DNA of 64,000 nt from Allosphingosinicella sp. (GTDB taxonomy: Bacteria; Pseudomonadota; Alphaproteobacteria; Sphingomonadales; Sphingomonadaceae), in NCBI GenBank assembly GCA_036386335.1, contig DASVVY010000021.1:738-64737 (forward strand), given 5' to 3'. Each line of letters opens with the position of its first letter. Positions within the stretch are counted from its first letter, which is position 1. The position numbers and the translations under genes are program-made. Shown piece after piece: positions 18,724 to 27,844 of this stretch. The notes below the pieces were generated by a model, which was not told where the DNA came from, did no database searches, and saw nothing but the letters and a program-made list of their open reading frames with translations.

Positions 18724-19485
18724 ATGACGGGCGAAATCCGCACCCTCCAATCTTATGCCGCCCTCTGGGCTGCCCTGCGGGACATGCGGATCGAGGAGCC
18801 AGGGGCGGAGAAGAGCTTCGAGCAGGCGCTCGCGCTCGAGACCGGCTGGACGCTCGACCGCGCCCGACTCGTCTCGGCCGAATACCGCCGCTTCCTGTTC
18901 CTCGCCTTCACCGCCGGCGGGGAGGTGACGCCGTCGGTCGACATCGACAAGGCCTGGCACCTCCACCTCACCTACACCCGCCATTATTGGGAGGTGCTGT
19001 GCGGCGAGATCCTGCGCCGCCCGCTGCACCACGTGCCCGGCACCGGCAGCGAGGCCGAGGAAGAGCGCTACCGCCGCCAGTATGAGGAGACGCTGGCGCT
19101 GTACGAGGCGACGTTCGACGCACCTCCCCCGCCCTCGGTGTGGCCGCGTCCGGAAGGGTCGGAACCCGAGCCCAAGCCCGCCGCGGCGCCGCAGTCGCAG
19201 CGCCTCCCCGCGCTGGCGGCTGCCGGCGTGCTGGTGATGGTCGGCTCCTTCATGGCCGGAATGGTCGGCTTCGGTGTGACCGTGATGGTGGCGGTGGTCT
19301 GCCTCATGGTCGTCTTCTCGCCGGAGCTCGGCTTTGCAGGGGCTGCCGTTCCGAAGAAGAAGAAGGGCGACGGCGGCAGCTGCGGCGGCGGCTGCACCGC
19401 CGGGTCGAGCGGCCATTGCGCAAGCAGCGGCCATTGCGGCGGGAGCTGCGGCGGCGGTTGCGGCGGAGGTTGCGGCGGCAGCTAA
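18724..19485 (+). CDS. Glycine-rich-domain (GRDP/TIGR04222-like) membrane protein with Cys/Gly tail
   Basis: EYRRFLFLA...TPS.DIDKAWHLHLTYTRHY...LHH.P; TM hairpin; C-terminal GGSCGGGC repeats. Confidence 0.75.
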   Translation: MTGEIRTLQSYAALWAALRDMRIEEPGAEKSFEQALALETGWTLDRARLVSAEYRRFLFLAFTAGGEVTPSVDIDKAWHLHLTYTRHYWEVLCGEILRRPLHHVPGTGSEAEEERYRRQYEETLALYEATFDAPPPPSVWPRPEGSEPEPKPAAAPQSQRLPALAAAGVLVMVGSFMAGMVGFGVTVMVAVVCLMVVFSPELGFAGAAVPKKKKGDGGSCGGGCTAGSSGHCASSGHCGGSCGGGCGGGCGGS

Positions 19486-19531
19486 GACTTTTCCTCTTTC
19501 CTATTGCCGTTTTCCTTGGCAAGGGAGTGGA

Positions 19532-20656
19532 ATGCCCGAGTCGCTCGCCTCCTTCGTGCCCGTGCCGGTGAAGCCGCGCCGCGACGGCTGGACGCCCGAA
19601 CGCCAACGCGCCTTCGTTCGGCTTCTCGCCGAAGGGCGCGGCATCTCGGCCGCGGCACGCGCCATCGGCAGGAGCCGGCAGTCGGCCTACCACCTCCGGC
19701 GCCTCCCGGGCGCTGAGAGCTTCGTCGCCGCCTGGGAAGCGGCCCTTGCCTCGCGCCCGGCGCCGCGCCTCTGCCGGCCCACCCTCCGGGAACGTGCGAT
19801 GATCCCGCGCCTCGTTCCCATCCGGATCGGCGGCCGGGTGGTCGCGGAGCGCCGCGTCTACGACAACCGCGCCCTGGCCGCGCTGCTTCGAAGTGCGCTG
19901 GGGGCGAAACAAGCCGGGCGCGAGGCTCGCCGCCGGGAGCGCATCCGCAGCCGCATCGAAGCGGAGACCCTGCGCAACCGTGCGACACTCGTCAATTTTG
20001 CCGACGACATCATCTTCGAGTTGGCGAGCCGCGGCTGGACAGTCTCCGACCTGGAACATATATCGAACGCATGCCCCGCCTCGACACGCGCGAGAAGCTC
20101 GCCATCCTCGCCGACGCCGCCAAATACGACGCGTCCTGCGCCTCTTCCGGCACTGCGAAGCGCGACAGCGCCGGCGGCAAGGGCATCGGCTCGACCGAGG
20201 GAATGGGAATCTGCCACGCTTACGCGCCCGACGGCCGCTGCATCTCGCTCCTCAAGATCCTGCTCACCAACTCCTGCGTCTTCGACTGCCATTATTGCAT
20301 CAACCGCAAGAGCTCGAACGTGCGGCGCGCGCGCTTCACCGTCGGGGAGGTGGTCGATCTCACCCTCTCCTTCTACCGCCGCAACTATATCGAGGGGCTG
20401 TTCCTCTCCTCCGGCATCATGCGATCGCCCGATTACACCATGGAACGCGTCGTGGAGGTGGCGCGGCGGCTGCGCGAGGAGCATGATTTCCGCGGCTACA
20501 TCCACCTCAAGACCATCCCCGACGCCGATCCGGAGCTGGTCCGGCAGGCGGGGCTTCATGCCGACCGGGTGTCGATCAACGTCGAACTGCCGACCGCCGC
20601 CGGCCTCGCCCGCCTCGCGCCGGAAAAGGACGGGGCGCGGATCGAAGGCGCGATGA
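19532..20656 (+). CDS. HTH protein resembling terminase small subunits; ORF runs 586 nt into the next gene
   Basis: RRDGWTPERQRAFVRLLAEGRGISAAARAIGRSRQSAYHLRR.PGAESF..AWEAAL; only about the first 150 aa look protein-like. Confidence 0.55.
   Translation: MPESLASFVPVPVKPRRDGWTPERQRAFVRLLAEGRGISAAARAIGRSRQSAYHLRRLPGAESFVAAWEAALASRPAPRLCRPTLRERAMIPRLVPIRIGGRVVAERRVYDNRALAALLRSALGAKQAGREARRRERIRSRIEAETLRNRATLVNFADDIIFELASRGWTVSDLEHISNACPASTRARSSPSSPTPPNTTRPAPLPALRSATAPAARASARPREWESATLTRPTAAASRSSRSCSPTPASSTAIIASTARARTCGARASPSGRWSISPSPSTAATISRGCSSPPASCDRPITPWNASWRWRGGCARSMISAATSTSRPSPTPIRSWSGRRGFMPTGCRSTSNCRPPPASPASRRKRTGRGSKAR
20054..20068 (+). promoter_or_regulatory. Alphaproteobacterial LexA (SOS) box GAAC-N7-GAAC
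   Basis: GAACATATATCGAAC, 2 nt before the radical SAM ATG. Confidence 0.85.
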
Positions 20657-21315
20657 AGGACATGCGCTCCGCCATCGAGGACGGCACCGACGCGTCGAAG
20701 CGCTTCAGGTCCGCCCCCGCCTTCGCGCCCGCCGGCCAGTCGACGCAGATGATCGTGGGCGCGGACGCCGCCACCGACCGCGACATCGTCGCCCGCGCAA
20801 GCAGTCTCTACGATCGCTTCGCCTTGCGCCGCGTCTATTATTCGGCCTTCTCGCCCATCCCGGACGCGAGCGCGGTGCTGCCGCTGAAGCGCCCGCCGCT
20901 GCTGCGCGAACACCGCCTCTACCAGTCGGACTGGCTGATACGCTTCTACGGCTTCTCCGCCGCCGAGGTGGCGGACGCCGCCGACCGCTCCGGCATGCTG
21001 CCGCTCGACATCGACCCCAAGCTCGCCTGGGCATTGAAGCACCGCGACCGCTTCCCCGTCGACGTCAACCGCGCGCCGCGCCAGGCGCTGCTCCGCGTCC
21101 CCGGCCTCGGCGTCAAGGCGGTGGAACGCATCCTCGCCTCCCGCCGCTGGCGCCGCCTCCGCCTCGCCGACGTGGCGCGGCTCACCGTCTCGGTGGCAAA
21201 GCTCCGGCCGTTCCTGGTTACGGAGGACTGGCGCCCGACCCTGTTGACCGACCGCGCCGATCTCGGCCAGTGGCTGAAGCCCCCGCAGCAGCAACTGGAG
21301 CTGTTCGCCGCATGA
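20071..21315 (+). CDS. Putative DNA modification/repair radical SAM protein (TIGR03916 type)
   Basis: CVFDCHYC (CxxxCxxC), GICHAYAPDGRCISLLK, REHRLYQSDWL, HhH-like RVPGLG. Confidence 0.92.
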   Translation: MPRLDTREKLAILADAAKYDASCASSGTAKRDSAGGKGIGSTEGMGICHAYAPDGRCISLLKILLTNSCVFDCHYCINRKSSNVRRARFTVGEVVDLTLSFYRRNYIEGLFLSSGIMRSPDYTMERVVEVARRLREEHDFRGYIHLKTIPDADPELVRQAGLHADRVSINVELPTAAGLARLAPEKDGARIEGAMKDMRSAIEDGTDASKRFRSAPAFAPAGQSTQMIVGADAATDRDIVARASSLYDRFALRRVYYSAFSPIPDASAVLPLKRPPLLREHRLYQSDWLIRFYGFSAAEVADAADRSGMLPLDIDPKLAWALKHRDRFPVDVNRAPRQALLRVPGLGVKAVERILASRRWRRLRLADVARLTVSVAKLRPFLVTEDWRPTLLTDRADLGQWLKPPQQQLELFAA

Positions 21316-22094
21316 AACGCCTCGCTCCCCTCGCCTCCCTTCTGATCGCCGCCGCCTGCGCGCCCGCGCCCGCGCCGGGGGCGGACCAGGGCTGGGTCTC
21401 CCTGTTCGACGGCCGCACCCTCTCCGGCTGGACGCCGAAGGTCACCGGCTATGCGGCCGGCGAGAATCCGCTCGGCACCTTCTCCGTGCGGGACGGTGCG
21501 ATCCGCGTCTCCTACGACGGCTACGACGCCTTCCGCGGCCGCTTCGGCCATATCGCCTACAAGACGCCCTTCTCCGCCTACCGGCTGCGCCTCGACTACC
21601 GCTTCACGGGCAAGTTCCTGCCCGACGTCGAGGCCTGGCAGCAGAGCAACAGCGGCATGATGCTGCACGCGCAGGCGCCCGACACGATGGGACGGGACCA
21701 GAAATTCCCGGTCTCGATCGAGGTCCAGCTGCTCGGCGCCGACCGCTCCGAGCCGAGCCCAACCGGCAACCTCTGCACGCCCGGCACCAACGTCGTCATG
21801 AACGGCAAGCTCGAGACCACCCACTGCATCAATTCGTCGAGCCCCGTCTACCCGAACGGCCGCTGGATCCACGCCGAGGTGGAGGTCGACCGCGCGGGCA
21901 ACTTCACCCATTTCATCGAGGGCCGCCCGGTGCTGCGCTACAGCGGCGCGCAATATGATCCGACCGACGAGGACGCGAAGCCGCTCATCGCCCGCGCCGG
22001 CGGGAAGCTCCCCATCTCCGGCGGCTACATCTACCTGCAGAGCGAGGGCCACCCGGTAGAATTTCGCAACATCGAGATAATGGAGCTGCGCTGA
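21312..22094 (+). CDS. DUF1080 (3-keto-disaccharide hydrolase-like) lipoprotein
   Basis: Lipobox IAAAC; WVSLFDGRTLSGW, SNSG, GYIYLQSEGHPVEFRNI. Confidence 0.88.
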   Translation: MKRLAPLASLLIAAACAPAPAPGADQGWVSLFDGRTLSGWTPKVTGYAAGENPLGTFSVRDGAIRVSYDGYDAFRGRFGHIAYKTPFSAYRLRLDYRFTGKFLPDVEAWQQSNSGMMLHAQAPDTMGRDQKFPVSIEVQLLGADRSEPSPTGNLCTPGTNVVMNGKLETTHCINSSSPVYPNGRWIHAEVEVDRAGNFTHFIEGRPVLRYSGAQYDPTDEDAKPLIARAGGKLPISGGYIYLQSEGHPVEFRNIEIMELR

Positions 22095-22102
22095 GCCGTG
22101 CC

Positions 22103-23485
22103 ATGCGCCTCGTCACGCTTGCAGAGGAGGACGATTTCGACGGCTGGCGCGCCGCCGCCCGGCCACTCGCCGCGGCGGGCGTTCCGGGGTCCGAGATCCT
22201 CTGGCGCGTCGGCGACTCCTCGGGCGGCCTGTTCGGCGACGAGGCCGCACCCGTCCCGGAAGGCCACCCCTTCTCCGTCCCCCGCGCCTTTCTCGACCTC
22301 ACTCGCGACGCCGTCTGTCATTCCGATCCGGAGCGCTTCTCCCTCCTCTACGCGCTCCTCCTCAAGCTCCGCACGACGCCCGGGGCGATGGAAGACGCCG
22401 CCGACCCCCTCGTCCGACGCGTCGAGGGCATGGCCAAGGCGGTCCGGCGCGACGTCCACAAGATGCACGCCTTCGTGCGCTTCCGTGAAGTCGAGGAGGA
22501 TGGCGGCGCCCGCTACGTCGCCTGGTTCGAGCCTGAGCACCACATCGTTCGCACCGCGTCGGGCTTCTTCGTTCGCCGCTTCGCCGCGATGCGCTGGTCG
22601 ATCCTCACCCCCGCGCTTTGCGTCCACTGGGACGGCGAGCGGCTGACGGAGAGCCCCGGCGCCACCCGCGCCGACGCGCCCTCCGGCGATCCCGTCGAGG
22701 AGACCTGGCGCACCTATTACGCGTCGATCTTCAACCCCGCGCGCCTCAAGGTCGGCGCGATGGTGAAGGAGATGCCGAAGAAATATTGGAAAAACCTGCC
22801 CGAGACGGCGTTGGTCGGGCAGCTCATTGAAGGCGCACAAGCACGCGAGGCGCGGATGGTGGAGACGTCGCGGCAAAGGACCGGATCCAACGCGCTCGCC
22901 GCGTGGCAGGCTGTGCGGGACGAGGCCAGGGGCTGCACACGCTGCGACCTCTACCGCTGCGGCACCCAGACGGTGTTCGGCGAGGGCCCCGTCGGCGCGC
23001 CGTTGATGTTCGTGGGCGAGCAGCCCGGCGACCAGGAGGACCTTGCCGGGAAGCCCTTCATCGGCCCCGCCGGCCAGCTCTTCGACCGCGCGTTGGGCGA
23101 CGCCGGCATCGACCGCTCCGCCGCCTACGTCACAAACGCCGTCAAGCATTTCAAGTTCGAGCGCCGCGGCAAGCGCCGCATCCACTCCAAGCCGGAGGGC
23201 GGCGAGATCGCCGCCTGCCGCTGGTGGCTGGAGCAGGAGCGGACCATCCTCCGCCCCGCCCTCACCGTCGCCCTGGGCGCCACCGCCGCCCGCTCGCTCT
23301 TCGGCAAGGCGGTGACCATCTCAGCGATGCGCGGCCGCGCCCACGCGATACCGGACGGCGGCGAAGGCTGGGTCACCGTCCACCCGAGCTTTCTCCTCCG
23401 CGTCCGCGACAATCGCGAGGAGGAATATGCCCGTTTCGTCGAGGATCTGGTGCGGGTGAAGCAGCGACTCGCTGAGCTGGCGTGA
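22103..23485 (+). CDS. udgX: DUF4130-UdgX fusion (uracil-DNA binding, Fe-S family-4 UDG)
   Basis: N-terminal KMHAFVRF, FEPEHHI, WRTYYASIFNPARLK; C-terminal CTRCDL, GEQPGDQED, KRRIH, TVHPSFLLR. Confidence 0.9.
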   Translation: MRLVTLAEEDDFDGWRAAARPLAAAGVPGSEILWRVGDSSGGLFGDEAAPVPEGHPFSVPRAFLDLTRDAVCHSDPERFSLLYALLLKLRTTPGAMEDAADPLVRRVEGMAKAVRRDVHKMHAFVRFREVEEDGGARYVAWFEPEHHIVRTASGFFVRRFAAMRWSILTPALCVHWDGERLTESPGATRADAPSGDPVEETWRTYYASIFNPARLKVGAMVKEMPKKYWKNLPETALVGQLIEGAQAREARMVETSRQRTGSNALAAWQAVRDEARGCTRCDLYRCGTQTVFGEGPVGAPLMFVGEQPGDQEDLAGKPFIGPAGQLFDRALGDAGIDRSAAYVTNAVKHFKFERRGKRRIHSKPEGGEIAACRWWLEQERTILRPALTVALGATAARSLFGKAVTISAMRGRAHAIPDGGEGWVTVHPSFLLRVRDNREEEYARFVEDLVRVKQRLAELA

Positions 23486-23502
23486 TGAGGAGGCAGGTCG
23501 GC

Positions 23503-24624
23503 TCAGAGGTCGAGCAGCCAGGCGCGGTCCGATACCCTGATCGAACCCTCGCTATAGCCGCCGGCGAGCAGGACGTGGGCCCCGGCCCGGGCGGCGGTGA
23601 GATAGTTCCAGCGTCCGCCGAGGCTGTCGGGCAGCAGCCGGCTGGTACCCGTCGCCGGATCGAACAGCTCGGGCCGTTCGAACCCACCGGCGACGAGGAC
23701 CTTGCCCGAGGGCAGCAGCACCGAGGCATCGGCGAGCTTGAACCGCGGCTGCGCGAGGTGCCCCGCGGAAATCCACCGCCCTGTCCGGACGTCGTAGCGC
23801 TCGACCGTATCGAGCTTCCCCTCGTAATCGCACTCGTCCGAGCCGCCGACGACGAGGATGTTGCCGTCCGCAAGCGCAACGGCGCCATGCTTGTAGCGGC
23901 GCTGCGCGAGCGGCGCCGTCGGCGAGAAGCGACCGGTGGAAGGATCGTATATCTCGGCCGAGGCAAGCGCGACGCGGCCCGCGCTCTCGCCGGTCCCGCC
24001 GCCCGCGATCAGGACACGGCCGTCGCGCAGCAAGGTCGCCGTCGCCCCCGAGCGTGCCTCGCCGAGGCGGCCGGTCGGGGTGAGCTCGCCGGTCGCGGGA
24101 TCGAAGATCTCCGCCGATGCGAGCACGCGGCGGCCGTCATAGCCGCCGGCGATCAGGACGCGACCGTCCGGCAGCACGGCGACCGCCGCGGCGTTGCGCG
24201 GCGCAGCCATGTCCGGGCCGGCCGTCGAGGAGCGGCTTCGCGGATCGAAGATTTCCGTGGAAGCATCGACCCGCCCGCCGACCCAGCCGCCGAGCACGAG
24301 CACGCGCCCATCGGCGAGCGCGGCCGCAGAAGGCTGGACTCGCCGGGCGAGCAGCCTTCCCACCACCGGAGCCTGGCCGGGCAGCAACATGTCGACCGTG
24401 GCGCTCTCCGGGCCCGGATCGCAGCCGTCGCGCACGCAGCCGCCGATCAGCAGCACGTATCCGCCGCTCTGGACGATGGCGTGGGTGGCGCGCGGGGCGG
24501 AAAGGCTCGGCGCGGCGCGCAAAGTGGAGAGCTTCGTCGGCCCCTCGGCGGCCGGCGAGGACCCGCAGGCGACCAGCGGCAAGGCAACGGAGGCTCCCAG
24601 CAGAAAGACCTTGCTCCAGCGCAT
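23503..24624 (-). CDS. Kelch-repeat beta-propeller lipoprotein
   Basis: Lipobox LVAC; about 6 repeats of R...AA..L.DGRVL..GG...S.E.FDP. Confidence 0.88.
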   Translation of the reverse strand: MRWSKVFLLGASVALPLVACGSSPAAEGPTKLSTLRAAPSLSAPRATHAIVQSGGYVLLIGGCVRDGCDPGPESATVDMLLPGQAPVVGRLLARRVQPSAAALADGRVLVLGGWVGGRVDASTEIFDPRSRSSTAGPDMAAPRNAAAVAVLPDGRVLIAGGYDGRRVLASAEIFDPATGELTPTGRLGEARSGATATLLRDGRVLIAGGGTGESAGRVALASAEIYDPSTGRFSPTAPLAQRRYKHGAVALADGNILVVGGSDECDYEGKLDTVERYDVRTGRWISAGHLAQPRFKLADASVLLPSGKVLVAGGFERPELFDPATGTSRLLPDSLGGRWNYLTAARAGAHVLLAGGYSEGSIRVSDRAWLLDL

Positions 24625-24645
24625 CCGTCCCTCCCGTCCGACTCG

Positions 24646-25644
24646 TCAGAGTCGCACCAGCATCTTCCCGATATTGCCGCCGCGAAACAAGTCGAGGAAC
24701 GTCTCGGGCGCCGCCTCCAGTCCCTCGCGGATCGTCTCCCGGCTCCTCACCTGCCCGGCGGCGATCCAGCCCGCCATGTCCCGGTAGAAGTCGGCCATCC
24801 CATCGCCATAGTCGCTGTAGATAAAGCCTTTCACCATGATCCGCGCGGCGATGATCCGCGCCATGTAGCGGAAGGCGGGCGGCTCTCCGCCATTGTAGAT
24901 GTCGATCATCCCGCAGATGGCGAAGCGCGCGTCGCGCCGGGCGTGGGCGAAGGCCGCGTCGAGATGCTCGCCGCCGACATTGTCGAAATAGACGTCGATG
25001 CCGTCGGGCGCAGCGCGGGCCAGCGCCTTCACCACCGGCCCCGCCTTGTAGTCGATGGCGGCATTGGCTCCGAGCTCGCGCACCCAGGCGCATTTCTCCT
25101 CGCCTCCCGCCGAGCCGATCACCGTCATGCCCTTGGCCTTCGCGATCTGGACCACCGCCGATCCCACCGCGCCCGCCGCGGCGGAAACGAACACCGTGTC
25201 GCCCTCCTTCGCCTCGGCCACCCGCAGCAGCCCGAAATAGGCGGTGGCGCCGGTGAGGCCGAGATTGCCGAGCCACTGATGGTCCTCGACCGGCATGGCC
25301 GGGACCTTGGTGAATGCCTTCGCCGGCCCCGCCGCCTGCTCCCGCCAGCCGAGCATGTGGAAGACGGTGTCGCCCTCGGCGAGGTCGGTCGAGCGGCTCT
25401 CGACCACCTTGCCGATCGCGCCGCCCTCCAGCGGTGCGCCGAGCTCGAACGGCGGCACGTAGCTCTTCACGTCGTTCATCCGCCCGCGCATGTAGGGATC
25501 GACCGAGAGCCATGTGTTCCGGACCCGGACGCTGCCCTCCTCGAGCGGCGGCAGCGGCATCTCCTTCAGCTCGAAATTGTCAAGGCTCGGCAGCCCCGTC
25601 GGGCGCGACTTCAGGTGCCATGCGCGCGTGGTGTCGGCCATCAT
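24646..25644 (-). CDS. NADP-dependent oxidoreductase (CurA/YncB MDR family)
   Basis: LSVDPYMRGRM, SAAAGAVGS, YFDNVGG, GNIGKMLV. Confidence 0.92.
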   Translation of the reverse strand: MMADTTRAWHLKSRPTGLPSLDNFELKEMPLPPLEEGSVRVRNTWLSVDPYMRGRMNDVKSYVPPFELGAPLEGGAIGKVVESRSTDLAEGDTVFHMLGWREQAAGPAKAFTKVPAMPVEDHQWLGNLGLTGATAYFGLLRVAEAKEGDTVFVSAAAGAVGSAVVQIAKAKGMTVIGSAGGEEKCAWVRELGANAAIDYKAGPVVKALARAAPDGIDVYFDNVGGEHLDAAFAHARRDARFAICGMIDIYNGGEPPAFRYMARIIAARIMVKGFIYSDYGDGMADFYRDMAGWIAAGQVRSRETIREGLEAAPETFLDLFRGGNIGKMLVRL

Positions 25645-25764
25645 CCCCTCCCTCTAGTATCCTCTCTCCTTGGCGCGCCGGACACCGGAGTCAAAGAAGG
25701 AACGGCCCGGCTGCCGCGTAAACAGCCGGGCCGCCTCGTCCTCGCCGCTCAGCGGCGGCGGGGG

Positions 25765-26970
25765 CTAACGCTTGCGGCGCTCGTTCTCGTCGTCGTCGTA
25801 GGTTCCGGCGAAGCTGCGGTTCAGCGCATGCGGACCCTCGCTTCCCGAATCCTCGCGTTCGAACAGCGCCCGTTCGCGGTCCTCGCCGCGCCACTCGCGC
25901 ATCGCTTCCAGCGCCGTGCGGTTGAGCGTCACATTGCCTTCGACGCCTTCCACCCAGCTGCACGGGATCGAGTGGTGCATGCCGCCGGCGGCGTCGTCGT
26001 CCTTCTTGAGGACGATGCGGTCGCCGCGGACCTTGTCGACGGTGCCGACGCGGGTGCCGTCGGAGCCGACGACCTCCATATCGTCGCGGACGGCGCCGAG
26101 CAGCTGCCGCTGGCTCTGCCGCTTCGTCCGCCAGGAGCCGAACTCGTTCTCGAACTTCGACTGATGCTCGCGGCGATATTCGTCATAGTCCCGGTCGAGA
26201 TCCTCGATCTGCCGCCGGCGCCATTCCGAATAATGCGGATCGTGCTGATGCTGGCCGCCGCCACGCTCATTGTCGCGCATCATGCCAGCATAACGAGACG
26301 AGCTGCCGGAGCCTGGGGCGCCGGTGCCGAATCCCTGGCCGACCGGCGCAGACATCGGATGCGCACCGTGCGTACCGGTGCTGCCCGCATCGACGCGGTC
26401 GAAGCGACGGCCGCGGTCCGAGGGGCCGCCGAACCCGGTGCCTTCCCAATGCTCGGCCCGTCCGACGCCGTAGCCGGCCCCGTAGCCGCTATCGCCCCCG
26501 CCGCCGCCGCCGCCATAGCGGTCGCCGCGCTCGCCGCCGCTCGAATCGGTGAACCAGCCGTCGCGCTCGCTGCGCGCGCCGGGCCGTTCGCGGTTCCAGC
26601 TCTCGCCCTGCTGGTTGCCCCAGCCGCCGCCGAAGCCGCCGGCATAACCGGAATAGCCGCCGCCGCGGCCGTAATCGTTGTCGCGCCGGCCGGTCATGCG
26701 CTGCTCGCGCTCCCAGCGGCGTTCGTCGGCTTCGCGCCGGTGCTGGGCCTCGTCGTCGCCGAACCAGGAGCGGACCTCGTCGCCCGCGCGCTCGAAGAAG
26801 CCGCGGTCGTCGCCGCCGCCCCGATAGTCGCCGCGTCCGTGCTCGCCCCGGCCGTAGGAACTCCGCTCGGTGTCGCGGTCACGGTTCCGTCCGCCGCGCT
26901 CGCTCCAGCGGCCATCGTCCCGGTCGCGCCATCGACTGTCGCCGCCCTGGCGGTCGTCCTGATAGCCCAT
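25765..26970 (-). CDS. SWFGD-motif + DUF2171 hydrophilic stress protein
   Basis: GFFERAGDEVRSWFGDDEA; C-terminal MEVVGSDGTRVGTVDKV; Gly/Arg/Asp low complexity. Confidence 0.85.
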   Translation of the reverse strand: MGYQDDRQGGDSRWRDRDDGRWSERGGRNRDRDTERSSYGRGEHGRGDYRGGGDDRGFFERAGDEVRSWFGDDEAQHRREADERRWEREQRMTGRRDNDYGRGGGYSGYAGGFGGGWGNQQGESWNRERPGARSERDGWFTDSSGGERGDRYGGGGGGGDSGYGAGYGVGRAEHWEGTGFGGPSDRGRRFDRVDAGSTGTHGAHPMSAPVGQGFGTGAPGSGSSSRYAGMMRDNERGGGQHQHDPHYSEWRRRQIEDLDRDYDEYRREHQSKFENEFGSWRTKRQSQRQLLGAVRDDMEVVGSDGTRVGTVDKVRGDRIVLKKDDDAAGGMHHSIPCSWVEGVEGNVTLNRTALEAMREWRGEDRERALFEREDSGSEGPHALNRSFAGTYDDDENERRKR

Positions 26971-27036
26971 CTTACTCTCCTTCACTCATCGCCGGTTCGC
27001 GCACAGCCCTACGCCGCGCGCGTAACCGAAGTTAAA

Positions 27037-27062
27037 AACGCGGGGGCAAAGAGCGCCGTTCC
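27037..27062 (-). promoter_or_regulatory. EcfG-type promoter GGAAC-N17-CGTT
   Basis: Exact consensus upstream of the SWFGD gene. Confidence 0.8.
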
Positions 27063-27215
27063 GGGGAGAGAGGCAGTCCGTTCGGCGCCTCCGCCGAAAC
27101 GATCCCGGCACAAAGCGCGCCTGAATTGCCGCATTGCGAAAGGCCGTCGGTCTCGCTATCTGAGCGCCTTCCCGGGTCCCACGCCGCGAGGCTGGGATAC
27201 CGTCGCCGAGGGCGC

Positions 27216-27291
27216 GGGGCCGTAGCTCAGCTGGGAGAGCGCTGCAATCGCACTGCAGAGGTCAGGGGTTCGATTCCCCTCGGCTCCACCA
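27216..27291 (+). tRNA. tRNA-Ala(CGC)
   Basis: 76-nt cloverleaf, anticodon stem CTGCA/TGCAG with CGC, GGTTCGATTCC T-arm, G3:U70, encoded CCA. Confidence 0.97.
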
Positions 27292-27306
27292 TCGCGCCGC
27301 TCCCCT

Positions 27307-27335
27307 TTCGTCGCTCCCGCTGCGGCCTTCGTCGC
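27307..27335 (+). promoter_or_regulatory. Direct repeat TTCGTCGC x2, 21-bp spacing (candidate LytTR site)
   Basis: Copies at 27307 and 27328; inverted copy at 28798-28805. Confidence 0.45.
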
Positions 27336-27466
27336 CTCGAACAGCGCTTCGCAGAGCGATTGCGTGGCGCCGTCGAAGCGCGCGCGCGCTCGGCCGCGGG
27401 CCCTGACTATCCCGCCCTCACCGCCACGGGACGCACCGTGGCCGAGGTTCAGGGAAGGACAGACCA

Positions 27467-27790
27467 ATGACCCGCTTTTTCTCCTCGATCGTGCTCGCAG
27501 CCGCCCTGCTCAGCTCCGGCCTCGCCCGCGCCGAAGCCGCGCCGGCTGCGAATCTCCCCACCGCCACCATCCACACTGCGGACCTCAACCTCCGCAGCGC
27601 GATGGGCCGTGACGCGCTCGACGGCCGCATTCGCGGCGCCGCCAACCTGCTTTGCGGGGCCAACCATACGCTTCCACTCGACAGCAGCGCCCGCACCCGC
27701 ACTTGCCGGGCAGAGCTGTTCCGCTCCGCCGAGCGCCAGGTCCGCGTCGCGTTGCGCAGGGGCCAGGTCGAGCTCCTCGGCACCCGCTGA
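27467..27790 (+). CDS. urcA: UrcA-family secreted protein
   Basis: Signal peptide; TADLNL....GR..LDGRI..AA..LCG...C. Confidence 0.85.
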   Translation: MTRFFSSIVLAAALLSSGLARAEAAPAANLPTATIHTADLNLRSAMGRDALDGRIRGAANLLCGANHTLPLDSSARTRTCRAELFRSAERQVRVALRRGQVELLGTR

Positions 27791-27799
27791 GCCGCAGCG

Positions 27800-27820
27800 A
27801 AGGGGGCCGAGGCCCCCTTT
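27800..27820 (+). terminator. Intrinsic terminator-like hairpin after urcA
   Basis: AAGGGGGCC-GA-GGCCCCCTT-T. Confidence 0.5.
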
Positions 27821-27844
27821 CCCCTACTCTCAGGGAAGCAGCCG

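Noticed and set aside
27022-27035. CtrA-like GTAA-N6-TTAA
   Set aside because: Wrong spacing; better explained as the AT-rich region downstream of the EcfG -10.
23482-27225. 1247-aa plus-strand ORF
   Set aside because: Antisense shadow of three well-supported minus-strand genes; typical high-GC artefact with no motifs.
27216-27291. tRNA-Ala as an island integration site
   Set aside because: No integrase and no duplicated 3' end in the window; flanking genes have host-like composition.
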